The notes under the pieces were generated by a model. The model did not search any database. It was given only the letters and a program-made list of their open reading frames with translations, and was not told where the DNA came from. This document shows positions 30,625-40,468 of a stretch of 64,000 nucleotides of DNA, one piece after another; position 1 is the first letter of the stretch, and each line of letters starts with the position of its first letter. The translations under genes and the position numbers were made by a program. Source of the stretch: Minisyncoccota bacterium (GTDB lineage Bacteria > Patescibacteriota > Minisyncoccia > UBA6257 > JAGOQP01); assembly GCA_017991375.1 (NCBI GenBank), contig JAGOQP010000001.1:53149-117148 (forward strand). The letters run 5' to 3'.

Positions 30625-31041
30625 ATGCGTATTCACGAATTACGTTCAACAACAAAACGTCGGGGTATAAAACGCGTTGGTCGCGGAGGGAAGCGTGGTA
30701 CCTATTCTGGGCGTGGCCAAAAAGGACAACACTCGCGCTCGGGAAGAAAACTTCGCCCGCAAATGTGGGATCAACTTATTCGTACCCCAAAAAAGCGCGG
30801 ATACGCGAATAAGCCAAAAAAAGACAAAGCTCATCCTATTTCTCTTTCTGTTCTTGGGCGTCTCTCGGAAGAACGTATTGACCGATCGATTTTATTACGT
30901 CATCGACTTATTCGTTCAGTAAGTGAGTCGGTCTCCATTGTTAACTCGGGATCAATAAAAGAAGTTAAGCATATAAGCGGTATTCGTGTTTCTGCCTCTG
31001 CTCGTCGATCTATTGAGCAGGCGGGAGGAAGTGTCTCGTAG
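30625..31041 (+). CDS. rplO: 50S ribosomal protein L15
   Basis: RVGRGGKRGTYSGRGQKGQHSRSG. It directly follows rpsE with no rpmD (L30) gene in between. Confidence 0.9.
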   Translation: MRIHELRSTTKRRGIKRVGRGGKRGTYSGRGQKGQHSRSGRKLRPQMWDQLIRTPKKRGYANKPKKDKAHPISLSVLGRLSEERIDRSILLRHRLIRSVSESVSIVNSGSIKEVKHISGIRVSASARRSIEQAGGSVS

Positions 31042-31075
31042 GGCTTTTCGTGGTATACTGTAGATACTTTTTACT

Positions 31076-32347
31076 ATGTCGCGGTTTTTGCAGGTATTTA
31101 AAATAAAAGATTTACGAACACGTATTTTCATCGTGCTTTTTTGGCTTGTGGTGTTTCGTTTATTGGCGGCAATTCCGATTCCCGATGTAGATATCGTGCG
31201 TCTTAAAAATTTGTTCGCGGGAAATCAATTGCTAGGATTTTTGAATATCTTTTCGGGTGGTGGCCTCTCTAATCTTTCCATTGTTATGCTTGCGGTAGGG
31301 CCATACATCACCGCGACGATTATTATGCAGCTTTTAACAATGGTATTTCCGCGTCTCAAGGAGATGTATTATGAAGAGGGAGCATTGGGGCGCGCAAAGT
31401 TCAATCGATATTCAAAATATCTTACTGTTCCGTTGGCGTTTTTGCAGGGGTATGGGTTTTTGAACTTGCTTGCATCTCAGGGGGTTTTGCCAAGCCTTTC
31501 TCCATTGGGGATTTTTAAAGATGCTCTTATTATTGTTGCGGGGTCAATGGTTATGGTGTGGATTGGCGATCTTATTACGGAACAAAAAATTGGAAACGGG
31601 GTATCACTTCTTATCTTTTCGGGTATTGTGAGTGGAGTTCCTACCGCTGTTCAACAACTACTAGTGTCTTTTGATATGGGAACGCTCACCACCTATATCG
31701 CGTTCGCGATAATCGCGGTATTAGTTATCGCTGGGGTGGTATATGTGAGCGAGGGAGAACGCAAAATTCCAGTAACCTACGCAAAACGAGTTAGGGGAAT
31801 CAAAATGTTTGGCGGTGTTTCAAGTTATTTGCCACTTAAAGTAAATCAAGCTGGCGTTATCCCAATTATTTTTGCAATCTCGCTTTTACTCTTTCCTCAA
31901 TTTTTTGCTCAAGCGGCGGCAATCTTTTCAAAAGATCTATCTCTTAAGCTGACCGAATGGGTCAACGTGCTTTTTAACAACCAGTATTTGTACGCGCTCT
32001 TTTATTTTGTTCTTGTGGTTGCGTTTACCTATTTATACACCGCGATCACTTTTGATCCAAAAGAGATATCAAAAAATCTTCAAAGATCGGGAGGGTTTAT
32101 TTTGGGTATTCGTCCGGGAGAATCGACCACGATGTATCTAACTCGCATTATTTCTCGCATTACCCTTTGGGGGGCGGTGTTTTTGGGACTTATCGCCGTG
32201 TTGCCAAATATTACACGCATGGTAACGGGAATTACCATTCTTTCCATCGGCGGAACGGCGCTTTTGATTGTGGTTTCTGTTGCGCTAGAAGTTTTGCGTC
32301 AAATCAATGCTCAACTTATTATGCGTGAGTACGAGGGATTTGAGTAA
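31076..32347 (+). CDS. secY: preprotein translocase subunit SecY
   Basis: 10-TM protein with a SecY N-terminus (RTRIFIVLFWLVVFRLLAAIPIPDVD) and conserved position after rplO. Confidence 0.93.
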   Translation: MSRFLQVFKIKDLRTRIFIVLFWLVVFRLLAAIPIPDVDIVRLKNLFAGNQLLGFLNIFSGGGLSNLSIVMLAVGPYITATIIMQLLTMVFPRLKEMYYEEGALGRAKFNRYSKYLTVPLAFLQGYGFLNLLASQGVLPSLSPLGIFKDALIIVAGSMVMVWIGDLITEQKIGNGVSLLIFSGIVSGVPTAVQQLLVSFDMGTLTTYIAFAIIAVLVIAGVVYVSEGERKIPVTYAKRVRGIKMFGGVSSYLPLKVNQAGVIPIIFAISLLLFPQFFAQAAAIFSKDLSLKLTEWVNVLFNNQYLYALFYFVLVVAFTYLYTAITFDPKEISKNLQRSGGFILGIRPGESTTMYLTRIISRITLWGAVFLGLIAVLPNITRMVTGITILSIGGTALLIVVSVALEVLRQINAQLIMREYEGFE

Positions 32348-32488
32348 ATGAGGCGAATGTGAAATGTGGAACGTGGAATGAAGCATAGTGAAGAAATAAG
32401 ATAATAATAAAAACGCATTTAGCACCGTCTCGGAAGGGGCGGTGTTTGGTTGTGTGAGAAATAGGAGGGTGATATACTTGAAAAACGT

Positions 32489-33184
32489 ATGAGAAAAAAT
32501 ATCACATATAAGAAAGCGGTTATTATTATGGGCCCCCCGGGGTCAGGGAAGGGGACACAAGCAAAATTAATTGCCGATATGTTTGGATTGGTTGTTGTTG
32601 ACACGGGAAAGATTCTACGCGCGATTCTCGCCAATCCCACTACTAAAGAACTAAAAAAAGAAAAACAACTCAATGACGCGGGAATACTAAACAGCCCTTC
32701 TTTTGTTTTAACGTTGCTTACCAAAACGGTAACTAAAATAGCCAAGGGAGGCGATGGTCTGATATTCACTGGATCTCCGCGTACCATGTATGAAACATTT
32801 GGTGATTCAAAAAAAACAGGCCTTATTGACACATTAGAGCGCTTATACGGAAAATCAAATGTGTCTATTATTGTATTAGCCGTTCCTCAAAAAGCATCAA
32901 CGTCGCGCAATAGTGCTCGTCGTAGTTGCGTCACCTGTGGCACTCAACTATTGAGTGTGGTAAAAGGAGTTACCGCGCTTACGCGATGTCCGTTTTGCGC
33001 TGGCAAACTTGAAAAGCGCGTGGATGACAACGCGCGCGTCATAAAAACACGATTGCAAGAATATGCCTCACGCACCGAACCGATTATTGAAAAATTGAAA
33101 TCAACAAAAAGGAGAGTGTTTGTTATTGATGGCACGCTTCTCCCATACGCGGTATTTGATCGCCTTATAAAAATTCTTTCATGA
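32489..33184 (+). CDS. adk: adenylate kinase (zinc-lid type)
   Basis: P-loop GPPGSGKGTQA. The lid has a CVTCGTQ...CPFCAG zinc motif. Confidence 0.9.
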   Translation: MRKNITYKKAVIIMGPPGSGKGTQAKLIADMFGLVVVDTGKILRAILANPTTKELKKEKQLNDAGILNSPSFVLTLLTKTVTKIAKGGDGLIFTGSPRTMYETFGDSKKTGLIDTLERLYGKSNVSIIVLAVPQKASTSRNSARRSCVTCGTQLLSVVKGVTALTRCPFCAGKLEKRVDDNARVIKTRLQEYASRTEPIIEKLKSTKRRVFVIDGTLLPYAVFDRLIKILS

Positions 33185-33945
33185 TTGCGTTAAAGAAAAA
33201 AGAGGAGATCCAACTATTGATGCAATCGGGTGCGATTTTAGCATCCATCCTGAAAAGTGTTTCTCAAAAAGCGGCGGAGGGAATATCTCTTTTAGATTTA
33301 GAAACGTACGCGCAAGATTTGTGTGCGCGGGCGAACGTGCGGCCTGCTTTTTTAGGATATCAACCAGAGGGGGCTGATCATCCATTTCCCGCGGCACTGT
33401 GCACTTCTTTAAACGATGTTGTAGTTCATGGCATTCCCTCATCGTATCGTCTCAAAAATGGAGACGTGCTCAAGCTTGACATGGGTGTGGTGTATGAGGG
33501 GATGTATACTGATGCGGCGGTGACGGTAACTATTGGCCGCGTTAATTCGCGCGTAAAAAAACTTATTACTTCAACGTATCACGCTCTTGAAGCGGCCATT
33601 TCTGTGTGCAAAGCGGGGCGTACTATGGGAGATATCGGATATGTTATTTCAAGGCAGGCACACAAAGACGGCTTTTTTGTGCTTAAAGATTTAACTGGCC
33701 ATGGTGTTGGATATGAAGTGCACGAGGATCCAATCATCTTTAATTATGGCCAAAAGGAAAAAGGGGCGCGTCTTGTTCCTGGTATGGTGTTGGCGCTAGA
33801 GCCCATGTTTTCGCTTTCGTCTGAACATGTTATTCAAAACAATGATGAAAGCTATTCGTCAGCTGATAGAAGCATTACCGCTCATTTTGAACACACGGTT
33901 GTTATAACTGAAAAAAAACCGCTCGTCGTTACACGTGCAGTGTAG
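33181..33945 (+). CDS. map: methionine aminopeptidase type I
   Basis: Pita-bread fold metal ligands (DVVVHGIP, DMGVVYEGMYTD, HGVGYEVHE, LALEPM). Overlaps the adk stop by 4 bp. Confidence 0.9.
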   Translation: MIALKKKEEIQLLMQSGAILASILKSVSQKAAEGISLLDLETYAQDLCARANVRPAFLGYQPEGADHPFPAALCTSLNDVVVHGIPSSYRLKNGDVLKLDMGVVYEGMYTDAAVTVTIGRVNSRVKKLITSTYHALEAAISVCKAGRTMGDIGYVISRQAHKDGFFVLKDLTGHGVGYEVHEDPIIFNYGQKEKGARLVPGMVLALEPMFSLSSEHVIQNNDESYSSADRSITAHFEHTVVITEKKPLVVTRAV

Positions 33946-33984
33946 CTTTGGGTATGGATGTGATACAATAGTGGTAATCTCAAT

Positions 33985-34830
33985 ATGCGCACAACAAAAA
34001 TAAAAAAACCTCACGTCAGTCACCCTGATGCTGAGAATAAAAAGGAGCCCTACCTCTCGGTTATTGTTCCCGCGTATAATGAAGCAAAGCGGCTTTCGCT
34101 TACATTAATTGACATTGATAGACATCTCTCTACCGCTCCGTTTACATACGAAATCATCGTGGTTGATAACAATTCTAAAGACGCGACAAAAGAAATCGCG
34201 CTTCGTTTTGTATCTATTATAAAAAACATGCGTGTTATTGAGTGTAAAACGCAAGGCAAGGGTGCCGCAGTAAAAAAAGGTATGCTCGAGGCACGTGGAG
34301 AGATTCGACTTTTTACCGATGCGGACAATTCAACATCCATCGATCATTTCCTTAAAATGCGGCATTATTTCAGTACTGATAATGCGTATGATGATCGTTC
34401 GGGAGCGCACTATGATGTGGTCATTGGTTCTCGTGATGTTGAAGGTTCTCGTATGGAACCCCCACAGCCGTGGTACAGACGCGTCTTGGGGGATATGGGG
34501 AACCTCTTTATCCAATTCTTGCTTCTGCGTGGTATAAAAGATACCCAGTGTGGGTTTAAGGCGTTTTCAAAACGAGCCGCGCTCGCGGTATTTCCTTTGG
34601 CAACTATTACCGGATGGGGATTTGATGTTGAGGTATTGGCTCTTGCAAAAAAACAGGGGTTTTTGATAAAAGAAGTTCCTGTTGTTTGGGTAAACAATCC
34701 TTTCTCTCACGTAAAACCGACCGCGTATCTTTTTGTGCTTCTTGAAGTGGTCAAAATAAAATTCAGAATGCTTCGGGGATATTATGAAAAACGCAGCATT
34801 GGAAATAATGGAGATCAGACTAACAACTGA
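33985..34830 (+). CDS. family-2 glycosyltransferase (dolichyl/polyprenyl-phosphate sugar transferase-like)
   Basis: GT-A motifs LSVIVPAYNEAKRL, DNNSKDAT, and DxD (TDADNS). Confidence 0.75.
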   Translation: MRTTKIKKPHVSHPDAENKKEPYLSVIVPAYNEAKRLSLTLIDIDRHLSTAPFTYEIIVVDNNSKDATKEIALRFVSIIKNMRVIECKTQGKGAAVKKGMLEARGEIRLFTDADNSTSIDHFLKMRHYFSTDNAYDDRSGAHYDVVIGSRDVEGSRMEPPQPWYRRVLGDMGNLFIQFLLLRGIKDTQCGFKAFSKRAALAVFPLATITGWGFDVEVLALAKKQGFLIKEVPVVWVNNPFSHVKPTAYLFVLLEVVKIKFRMLRGYYEKRSIGNNGDQTNN

Positions 34831-34912
34831 CGACCAACAACGGAATAGAAAACAATTATCAAGATAAGATTTTGATTAGTTGTTCTCATTAGTGTTGTTT
34901 GTGATTTGTTGA
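34819..34912. repeat. family-A intergenic inverted-repeat element
   Basis: Left arm ctaacaactgacgaccaacaacgg, right arm gattagttgttctcattagtgttgtttgtgatttgttg. Confidence 0.5.
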
Positions 34913-34963
34913 CGGATGGCTTGCTTTGCTATAAGTTATACTTAGGACATTACGACGGAGGAG

Positions 34964-35602
34964 GTGAATATGCCTAGCTTTTCCGAAGATGATGCTAAGG
35001 TGCTCGAACGTTTTTTGGCGCGATTTGGTGGAATGGATTTTGTGCGTGCCGTCAATTCTGGACTTGTTGTTCTTACCGCCCAAAAAATAGCGGATATACT
35101 TATTTCTATTGGGTCTTACGTCACTCCAGAATCCGCTTCGTTTAACCAGGAAAAAGTATTTCGAACTTTCGGACGGCCAAGAATCCTTAGCTCTTATTTC
35201 GTTGAGAGAACGCCGCGTTTTTCGGAGGTTTTCAAGGGAGTTGTGGAGGGTTCTCATCCTTCCACAGAGGTGTATGCGTATGAGTTAGGAGGTATGAATT
35301 TCGAGGTCTTTCCATCGATCGTGGAATCTCTTCAGGAAGGAGCGGTCCCATTGTCGTCCGTTGCCTACCCCATTCTTTCTCTGTTTGGTTCGGACTCAGA
35401 AATGATTGGCAACATTCTTTCTCGTCAAGAAAGAAACACCTTTTTTACTTACCCTCCTCATTTCCGCACTCTTTTTGCTGTTGTTGTTTCCTTTCCTCAG
35501 CGTGGTAGCGCGCGAGTGGTTATCGACGCGTTTCCAGCGCGCGAAAATCGTGCATGGGGACGTACACGCTTTTTTTCCACCACGAAGACCCCGTTCTCAT
35601 AA
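34964..35602 (+). CDS. hypothetical protein
   Basis: 212-aa ORF with no recognisable domain. The overlapping ORF 35406..35807 in another frame is treated as an artefact. Confidence 0.35.
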   Translation: MNMPSFSEDDAKVLERFLARFGGMDFVRAVNSGLVVLTAQKIADILISIGSYVTPESASFNQEKVFRTFGRPRILSSYFVERTPRFSEVFKGVVEGSHPSTEVYAYELGGMNFEVFPSIVESLQEGAVPLSSVAYPILSLFGSDSEMIGNILSRQERNTFFTYPPHFRTLFAVVVSFPQRGSARVVIDAFPARENRAWGRTRFFSTTKTPFS

Positions 35603-35749
35603 CAAGCACGTCTTTCCCCCACTTTGTGGGGGTTTTCTTTTACCCTATGTTTTCTCTGCGCGACTAGTTCTTGGCGGATGTTTTAAGAAAGATAGGGGGT
35701 CTCTGATTAATTATAAGCTAATAACGACTGAAGAACTGCTTGCGCTAAT

Positions 35750-35783
35750 GACCCCTTTTTTCACGATCGTGAAAAAAGGGGTC
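35750..35783. repeat. 34-bp perfect palindrome P2 (GACCCCTTTTTTCACGATCGTGAAAAAAGGGGTC), copy 1
   Basis: An identical 38-bp stretch ATGACCCC...GGGGTCAA recurs at 45325-45362. The structure is a GC clamp, T/A runs and a CACGATCGTG core. It could act as a bidirectional terminator. Confidence 0.7.
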
Positions 35784-35803
35784 AAAATATACAACGGGGA
35801 TTG

Positions 35804-35832
35804 TTGACTTTCTAGGGATGTTTATGTAGAAT
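35804..35832 (+). promoter_or_regulatory. sigma-70-like promoter upstream of greA
   Basis: TTGACT, a 17-nt spacer, then TAGAAT, about 65 bp upstream of the greA start. Confidence 0.5.
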
Positions 35833-35898
35833 GAGGGCGTTATTTTTATCAGTGGCACACCCTTTTTGGGGGTGTTTCTGTTATTACAACAAAAAACT

Positions 35899-36363
35899 AT
35901 GGCAGATACATATCTGAGCAAAGAAAAAATAGAAGAACTTTCTCAACGACTTGATGAAATGCGCACTGATGAGCGCATTAAAATAGCTGATCGTCTCAAA
36001 AAAGCAAAAGAGCATGGAGATCTTTCGGAGAATTTTGAATATGCGCAGGCAAAAGAAGATCAAGAAAAGCTTGAGCATGATATATTGGAGCTCGAGCATC
36101 TTCTAAAAAATGCTCGCATTATTACCAAGTCAAAAAACAAATCAGTGGTAAGTGTTGGATTGACTGTCACGCTCTCAAACACAAAAGGAGTCAAAGCGAC
36201 CTACACACTAGTTGGTTCAGAGGAGACCGATCCTCTTAATAATAAAATTTCAAACGCATCTCCTATTGGAAAGGCCCTTTTGGGTAAAAAAGTGGGTGAT
36301 GTGGTTTCTATTAAAACTCCAAAAGGAATTGTGGTAGAATATACTATCGTGGCAATAGAGTAA
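35899..36363 (+). CDS. greA: transcription elongation factor GreA
   Basis: N-terminal coiled-coil (EHGDLSENFEYAQAKEDQ) and a C-terminal FKBP-like domain. Confidence 0.88.
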   Translation: MADTYLSKEKIEELSQRLDEMRTDERIKIADRLKKAKEHGDLSENFEYAQAKEDQEKLEHDILELEHLLKNARIITKSKNKSVVSVGLTVTLSNTKGVKATYTLVGSEETDPLNNKISNASPIGKALLGKKVGDVVSIKTPKGIVVEYTIVAIE

Positions 36364-36381
36364 TTCAACCACATTCTTTCT

Positions 36382-37833
36382 ATGCTTGATACCATTATTC
36401 GGGAACGGATAAAAAAATTAGAGCAGCTCAAAAAAGAAGGGCTCTATCCGTATCCGGCACGCGTCAGGCGGACGCATTCAATCGGAGATATCCTTGGTGC
36501 GTTTGGCGCGCTTACGCGTTCAAAAAAGACGATAATCACCATTGGTCGTGTGCGTAGTATTCGTGATCAAGGTAAGTTGCTTTTTGTGGATATCCAAGAC
36601 ATGTCGTTTCGTATACAAGTCATTCTAAAGCGCGATGAACTTAAGTCATTTTCTCTTCTCAAAACAACACTCGACACGGGGGATTTTATTCAGGTAAAAG
36701 GTAAAACGCTTGTTACCAAACGTGGTGAAAAAAGTTTAGAGGCAATCTCATGCGTTATTGTTTCAAAATCACTACGTCCTCTCCCAACCGATTTTTATGG
36801 GCTGGAGGACATAGAAACACGATTGCGCAAACGGTATCTTGATCTTGTTCTCAATCAGGAAACAAAAGATCTCTTTGTGAAAAAGAGTGCTTTCTGGGCA
36901 GCGGTGCGATCGTTTTTACAGACACACGGCTTTATGGAAGTGGAAACACCCGTATTTGAACTCACTCCTGGTGGAGCTGAGGCAGAGCCATTTAAAACAC
37001 ACCACAACGCGCTTGATGAAGATTTTTATTTGCGCATCTCTCTTGAAATAGCGCTCAAAAAATTGATGGTTGGTGGATTTGAAAAAATATATGAAATAGG
37101 GCGTGTCTTTCGTAACGAGGGTATTGATGCCGAACATCTTCAGGATTATACGCAACTTGAGTTTTATTGGGCATACGCTGATTATCAGGAGCTCATGGCT
37201 TTTGTTGAACGTATGTATAAAACAATTATTAAGGCATCTTTTGGAACCCTTAAAATAAAACATCAGGGGGTTCTTATCGATTGGGGAAAAAAATGGCCCA
37301 CTATTGATTACTGCGCCGTATTTAAAAAGAATATCGGCCTTGATCCAGTAGGCGCGACAAAAGAAGAGCTTTATACCAAGGCACGCGCGTTAGGAATAAA
37401 AGTTGATACAAAATTGGAGCGGGGGAGATTAATTGATCTTCTATTTAAAACAGTTCGTCCCACACTTTCCCAGCCATGCTTTTTGATCAATCCTCCAGTA
37501 GCTATAGAGCCACTTGCCAAGCGGTCTGATAAAAATAGAGATATTGTTGAGCGATTTCAGGTAGTCGCGTGCGGAACAGAGTTGGGCAAAGGTTTCTCTG
37601 AAGCAAATGATCCCATTGATCAACGCGAGAGATTTGAGGAGCAGATGCGACTTCGCGAAAAAGGAGACGCGGAGGCTCAACAACTTGACGAGGACTTTCT
37701 TGAGGCGCTTGAGTACGGTATGCCGCCCACCGCGGGATTTGGGCTTTCTGAACGACTCTTTTCTATTCTGGCTGATAAACCTATCAGAGAGACAGTGTTC
37801 TTCCCACCGATGAAGAGAAAATCATGTGAATAG
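36382..37833 (+). CDS. lysS: lysyl-tRNA synthetase (class II)
   Basis: Anticodon-binding OB domain plus class II motifs (FRNEGIDAEHLQDYTQLEFYWAY; GTELGKGFSEANDPIDQ; GMPPTAGFGLSERL). Confidence 0.92.
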   Translation: MLDTIIRERIKKLEQLKKEGLYPYPARVRRTHSIGDILGAFGALTRSKKTIITIGRVRSIRDQGKLLFVDIQDMSFRIQVILKRDELKSFSLLKTTLDTGDFIQVKGKTLVTKRGEKSLEAISCVIVSKSLRPLPTDFYGLEDIETRLRKRYLDLVLNQETKDLFVKKSAFWAAVRSFLQTHGFMEVETPVFELTPGGAEAEPFKTHHNALDEDFYLRISLEIALKKLMVGGFEKIYEIGRVFRNEGIDAEHLQDYTQLEFYWAYADYQELMAFVERMYKTIIKASFGTLKIKHQGVLIDWGKKWPTIDYCAVFKKNIGLDPVGATKEELYTKARALGIKVDTKLERGRLIDLLFKTVRPTLSQPCFLINPPVAIEPLAKRSDKNRDIVERFQVVACGTELGKGFSEANDPIDQRERFEEQMRLREKGDAEAQQLDEDFLEALEYGMPPTAGFGLSERLFSILADKPIRETVFFPPMKRKSCE

Positions 37834-37857
37834 AGATCAGTGAATAGTGAATAGTGG
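37834..37857. repeat. family-B inverted-repeat arm (AGTGAATAGTGA type), left of IVS/Avd-family gene
   Basis: agatcagtgaatagtgaatagtgg is the reverse complement of the right arm at 38231..38257. Confidence 0.55.
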
Positions 37858-38162
37858 CCAGATATATGCAAGGATCCATTAGAACATTTAAAGATCTTAC
37901 CGTTTGGCAAAAATCAATTGAGCTTGTGCTCTATATCTATTCTGTAACAGATAAATTCCCTTCTACTGAGGTGTATGGACTTACCAGTCAAATGAGACGA
38001 GCAGCTGTTTCTATTGCTTCAAATATAGCCGAAGGATATTCACGAAACTCAACAAAAGAATTTATCCAATTTCTCGCGGTGGCATTAGGATCATGTTCTG
38101 AAATAGAGACTCAAGTTGAGATTTCAAAAAAATTAGCGTATCTTGATGAAGAATCTGATTAA
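37854..38162 (+). CDS. four-helix-bundle protein of the Avd / 23S-rRNA-intervening-sequence (IVS) protein family
   Basis: MARYMQGSIRTFKDLTVWQKSIELVLYIYSVTDKFP...QMRRAAVSIASNIAEGYSR matches the IVS-protein/Avd family consensus. It lies between lysS and serS, enclosed by family-B inverted-repeat arms. Confidence 0.75.
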   Translation: MARYMQGSIRTFKDLTVWQKSIELVLYIYSVTDKFPSTEVYGLTSQMRRAAVSIASNIAEGYSRNSTKEFIQFLAVALGSCSEIETQVEISKKLAYLDEESD

Positions 38163-38230
38163 AAATTATCAGTGCGCACTTTGGAGATTAAAAAGATGCT
38201 AAAAAGGCTTATGAACGTACTGACTCAAAA

Positions 38231-38257
38231 AATCACTAATCACTAATCACTATTCGC
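38231..38257. repeat. family-B inverted-repeat arm (CACTAATCACTA type), right of IVS/Avd-family gene
   Basis: aatcactaatcactaatcactattcgc. Confidence 0.55.
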
Positions 38258-38272
38258 TTATTACTATCTTTT

Positions 38273-39505
38273 ATGGTAGACATTGATCTCATACGAAAAA
38301 ATCCTCAGGCGATAAAAGAAATGATGGTTGCTCGAAATAAATCGACCGACGCGGTTGACTTATTTATGCGACTTGACGACCAGTGGCGTGAGCTTGTGGG
38401 AGAAATTCAAGCGCTTCGCGTTGAACAAAAACAATATGCTTCCCAACGTAACGTAGAGGGTGGCAAAGAAGTTAAACAGCGCGTACAAGATAAAGAACGA
38501 GCGCTTGCGGCAGTCGAACATGAACGTTATGAAGCATTGCTTGAAATTCCAAACATTCCTTTTGGCGATGTTCCTCGTGGGAAAGATGAGTCGGAAAACG
38601 TTGTTGTAAAAACAGTCGGCAATATTCCGCAATTTGATTTTGAACCACAGGATCATTTGGCGCTGGGAGAGAAACTTGGAATTATTGATGTAAAAAAAGC
38701 ATCCGAAGTGGCTGGTAGTAGATTTTACTATCTTAAAGGCAAAGGCGCACTTTTGGAGCTAGCTCTTATCAGATACGCGTTTGATGTTCTTGGGCAGGAG
38801 GGATTTGAGGCTGTTATTCCGCCAGTTATGATAAAACCCGAGGTGTACGAGAAAATGGGACGACTCACTCCATCTCAACAGGAAGAGCGTTACTTTATTG
38901 AGCGTGACAATATGTACCTTGTGGGAAGTGCTGAGCATACTCTCGGTCCTCTTGGTATGGACGAGACCTTTTCTGCTGACTATCTTCCCAAGCGATATGT
39001 TGGTGTATCAAGTTGTTTTCGTCGAGAGGCGGGAAGTTATGGCAAGGATGTAAAGGGTATTTTACGAGTGCATCAATTCGATAAGGTTGAAATGTATTCA
39101 TTTACCTCACCAGATCAATCCGAAAAAGAACACGAGTTACTTCTTTCTTTGGAAGAGCGTATTTTTGGTGGTCTCGAAATTCCTTACAGGATTGTTGCTA
39201 TATGTACTGGTGATATGGGGACAACCGATGCGCGCGCGTTTGATATTGAAGCGTGGATGCCTGCTCAAAATACTTATCGAGAAATTGCATCGTGCTCAAA
39301 CACGACTGACTACCAGACGCGAGGTATCAATACAAAAGTTCGCTCTAAGGAAGGATCGGTATATGCTCACGCGCTTAACGCGACTGCGCTTGCGGTCGGC
39401 AGGACCATTATAGCTCTTTTAGAAAACTCTCAACGAGCGGATGGATCAATTTCTATTCCGAAGATGTTACAAAAATACACCGGATTTGATACAATAGAAG
39501 TATAA
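38273..39505 (+). CDS. serS: seryl-tRNA synthetase
   Basis: N-terminal coiled-coil (MVDIDLIRKNPQAIKE) and class II core (SSCFRREAGSYGKDVKGILRVHQFDKVE; GRTIIALLENSQ). Confidence 0.92.
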   Translation: MVDIDLIRKNPQAIKEMMVARNKSTDAVDLFMRLDDQWRELVGEIQALRVEQKQYASQRNVEGGKEVKQRVQDKERALAAVEHERYEALLEIPNIPFGDVPRGKDESENVVVKTVGNIPQFDFEPQDHLALGEKLGIIDVKKASEVAGSRFYYLKGKGALLELALIRYAFDVLGQEGFEAVIPPVMIKPEVYEKMGRLTPSQQEERYFIERDNMYLVGSAEHTLGPLGMDETFSADYLPKRYVGVSSCFRREAGSYGKDVKGILRVHQFDKVEMYSFTSPDQSEKEHELLLSLEERIFGGLEIPYRIVAICTGDMGTTDARAFDIEAWMPAQNTYREIASCSNTTDYQTRGINTKVRSKEGSVYAHALNATALAVGRTIIALLENSQRADGSISIPKMLQKYTGFDTIEV

Positions 39506-39570
39506 GAAGATTCGATCCTTTGTGGGTAAACAGTAAGCCGTGCGGGAACGTTTCTTCGCGCGGTTTTTGT

Positions 39571-40368
39571 ATGGTTGACTTTGAACAAATTCGTCGTGAT
39601 CGAGAACGCTCAAAAAAAGGAAGGCGCGTTTTTTTGGTATTTGTGTTAGCAATTCTTTTGTGTGTGTTGGTAGCGGTACTTGCTATCTTTCGTGGTCCGT
39701 GGTTACACGTCCAAATGGTTTTTGTTGATGGCGTTCATAGCGTTTCTGAAGCTGAGGTGATCCAAGCAATCCAGGCCTATATAACTCCGCAGTCCTGGGG
39801 TGAGCGTCTCATTCTTCCTCATGGGACTATTGTGGGGGCATTTTTTAAACGAAAGACGATTGAAGATAATTTATTGCGCGCGTACCCGTCGTTTTTTCGA
39901 GGGGATCTTTCGATTGATCTGTTTTCTCGATCGGTTCGTTTCTCTGTTGCCGAAAGAGAGCAGTATGGGTTATGGTGTTCAAAAAACGAAGGATGCTCGT
40001 GGTTTGATGTTCATGGGATTGTTTTTGCTCCAGGTCCCGTCACCGAAGGACAGCTTATAAAAAAAGTCATCGATACTACCGATCGTGTTATGCGCCCAGG
40101 AGATTGTGTGTTGGATCAAGAGACAACGACTTCGCTCCTATCCATTTTTTCATTTTTAGAAACCGTAGGAGTTTCGGGGCGAACGCTTGTCCTTGAATCC
40201 TATGATGCTCAAGAGGTGCGCACTATCGGAAACAAAAAGCCAGTGCTGTATTTTAGCACCCGGTTTGATCCATTTTCGTCCTTAAAAACCGTTGAGCGCC
40301 TACTCGCGTCAAAAACATCTTTGGAATATATAGATCTGAGAGTAAAAAACAGAGTGTATTATAAATAA
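39571..40368 (+). CDS. cell-division protein FtsQ/DivIB-like (single TM + POTRA-like domain)
   Basis: Cytoplasmic basic N-terminus, a TM segment (VFLVFVLAILLCVLVAVLAIF), then VFVDGVHSVSEAEVIQAI, which is reminiscent of POTRA. Confidence 0.45.
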   Translation: MVDFEQIRRDRERSKKGRRVFLVFVLAILLCVLVAVLAIFRGPWLHVQMVFVDGVHSVSEAEVIQAIQAYITPQSWGERLILPHGTIVGAFFKRKTIEDNLLRAYPSFFRGDLSIDLFSRSVRFSVAEREQYGLWCSKNEGCSWFDVHGIVFAPGPVTEGQLIKKVIDTTDRVMRPGDCVLDQETTTSLLSIFSFLETVGVSGRTLVLESYDAQEVRTIGNKKPVLYFSTRFDPFSSLKTVERLLASKTSLEYIDLRVKNRVYYK

Positions 40369-40468
40369 CTTACAACTTACAACTGACGACTGACGACGAA
40401 ATGCCTACGTTCTTGTTGTTGGTTGTTTGCCTTGAGCTCGTTCAAAGGTTTGTAGTTAGTTGTTGGTT
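40367..40468. repeat. family-A intergenic inverted-repeat element
   Basis: Left arm cttacaacttacaactgacgactgacgacg, right arm ttgttgttggttgtttgcc...ggtttgtagttagttgttggtt. Confidence 0.5.
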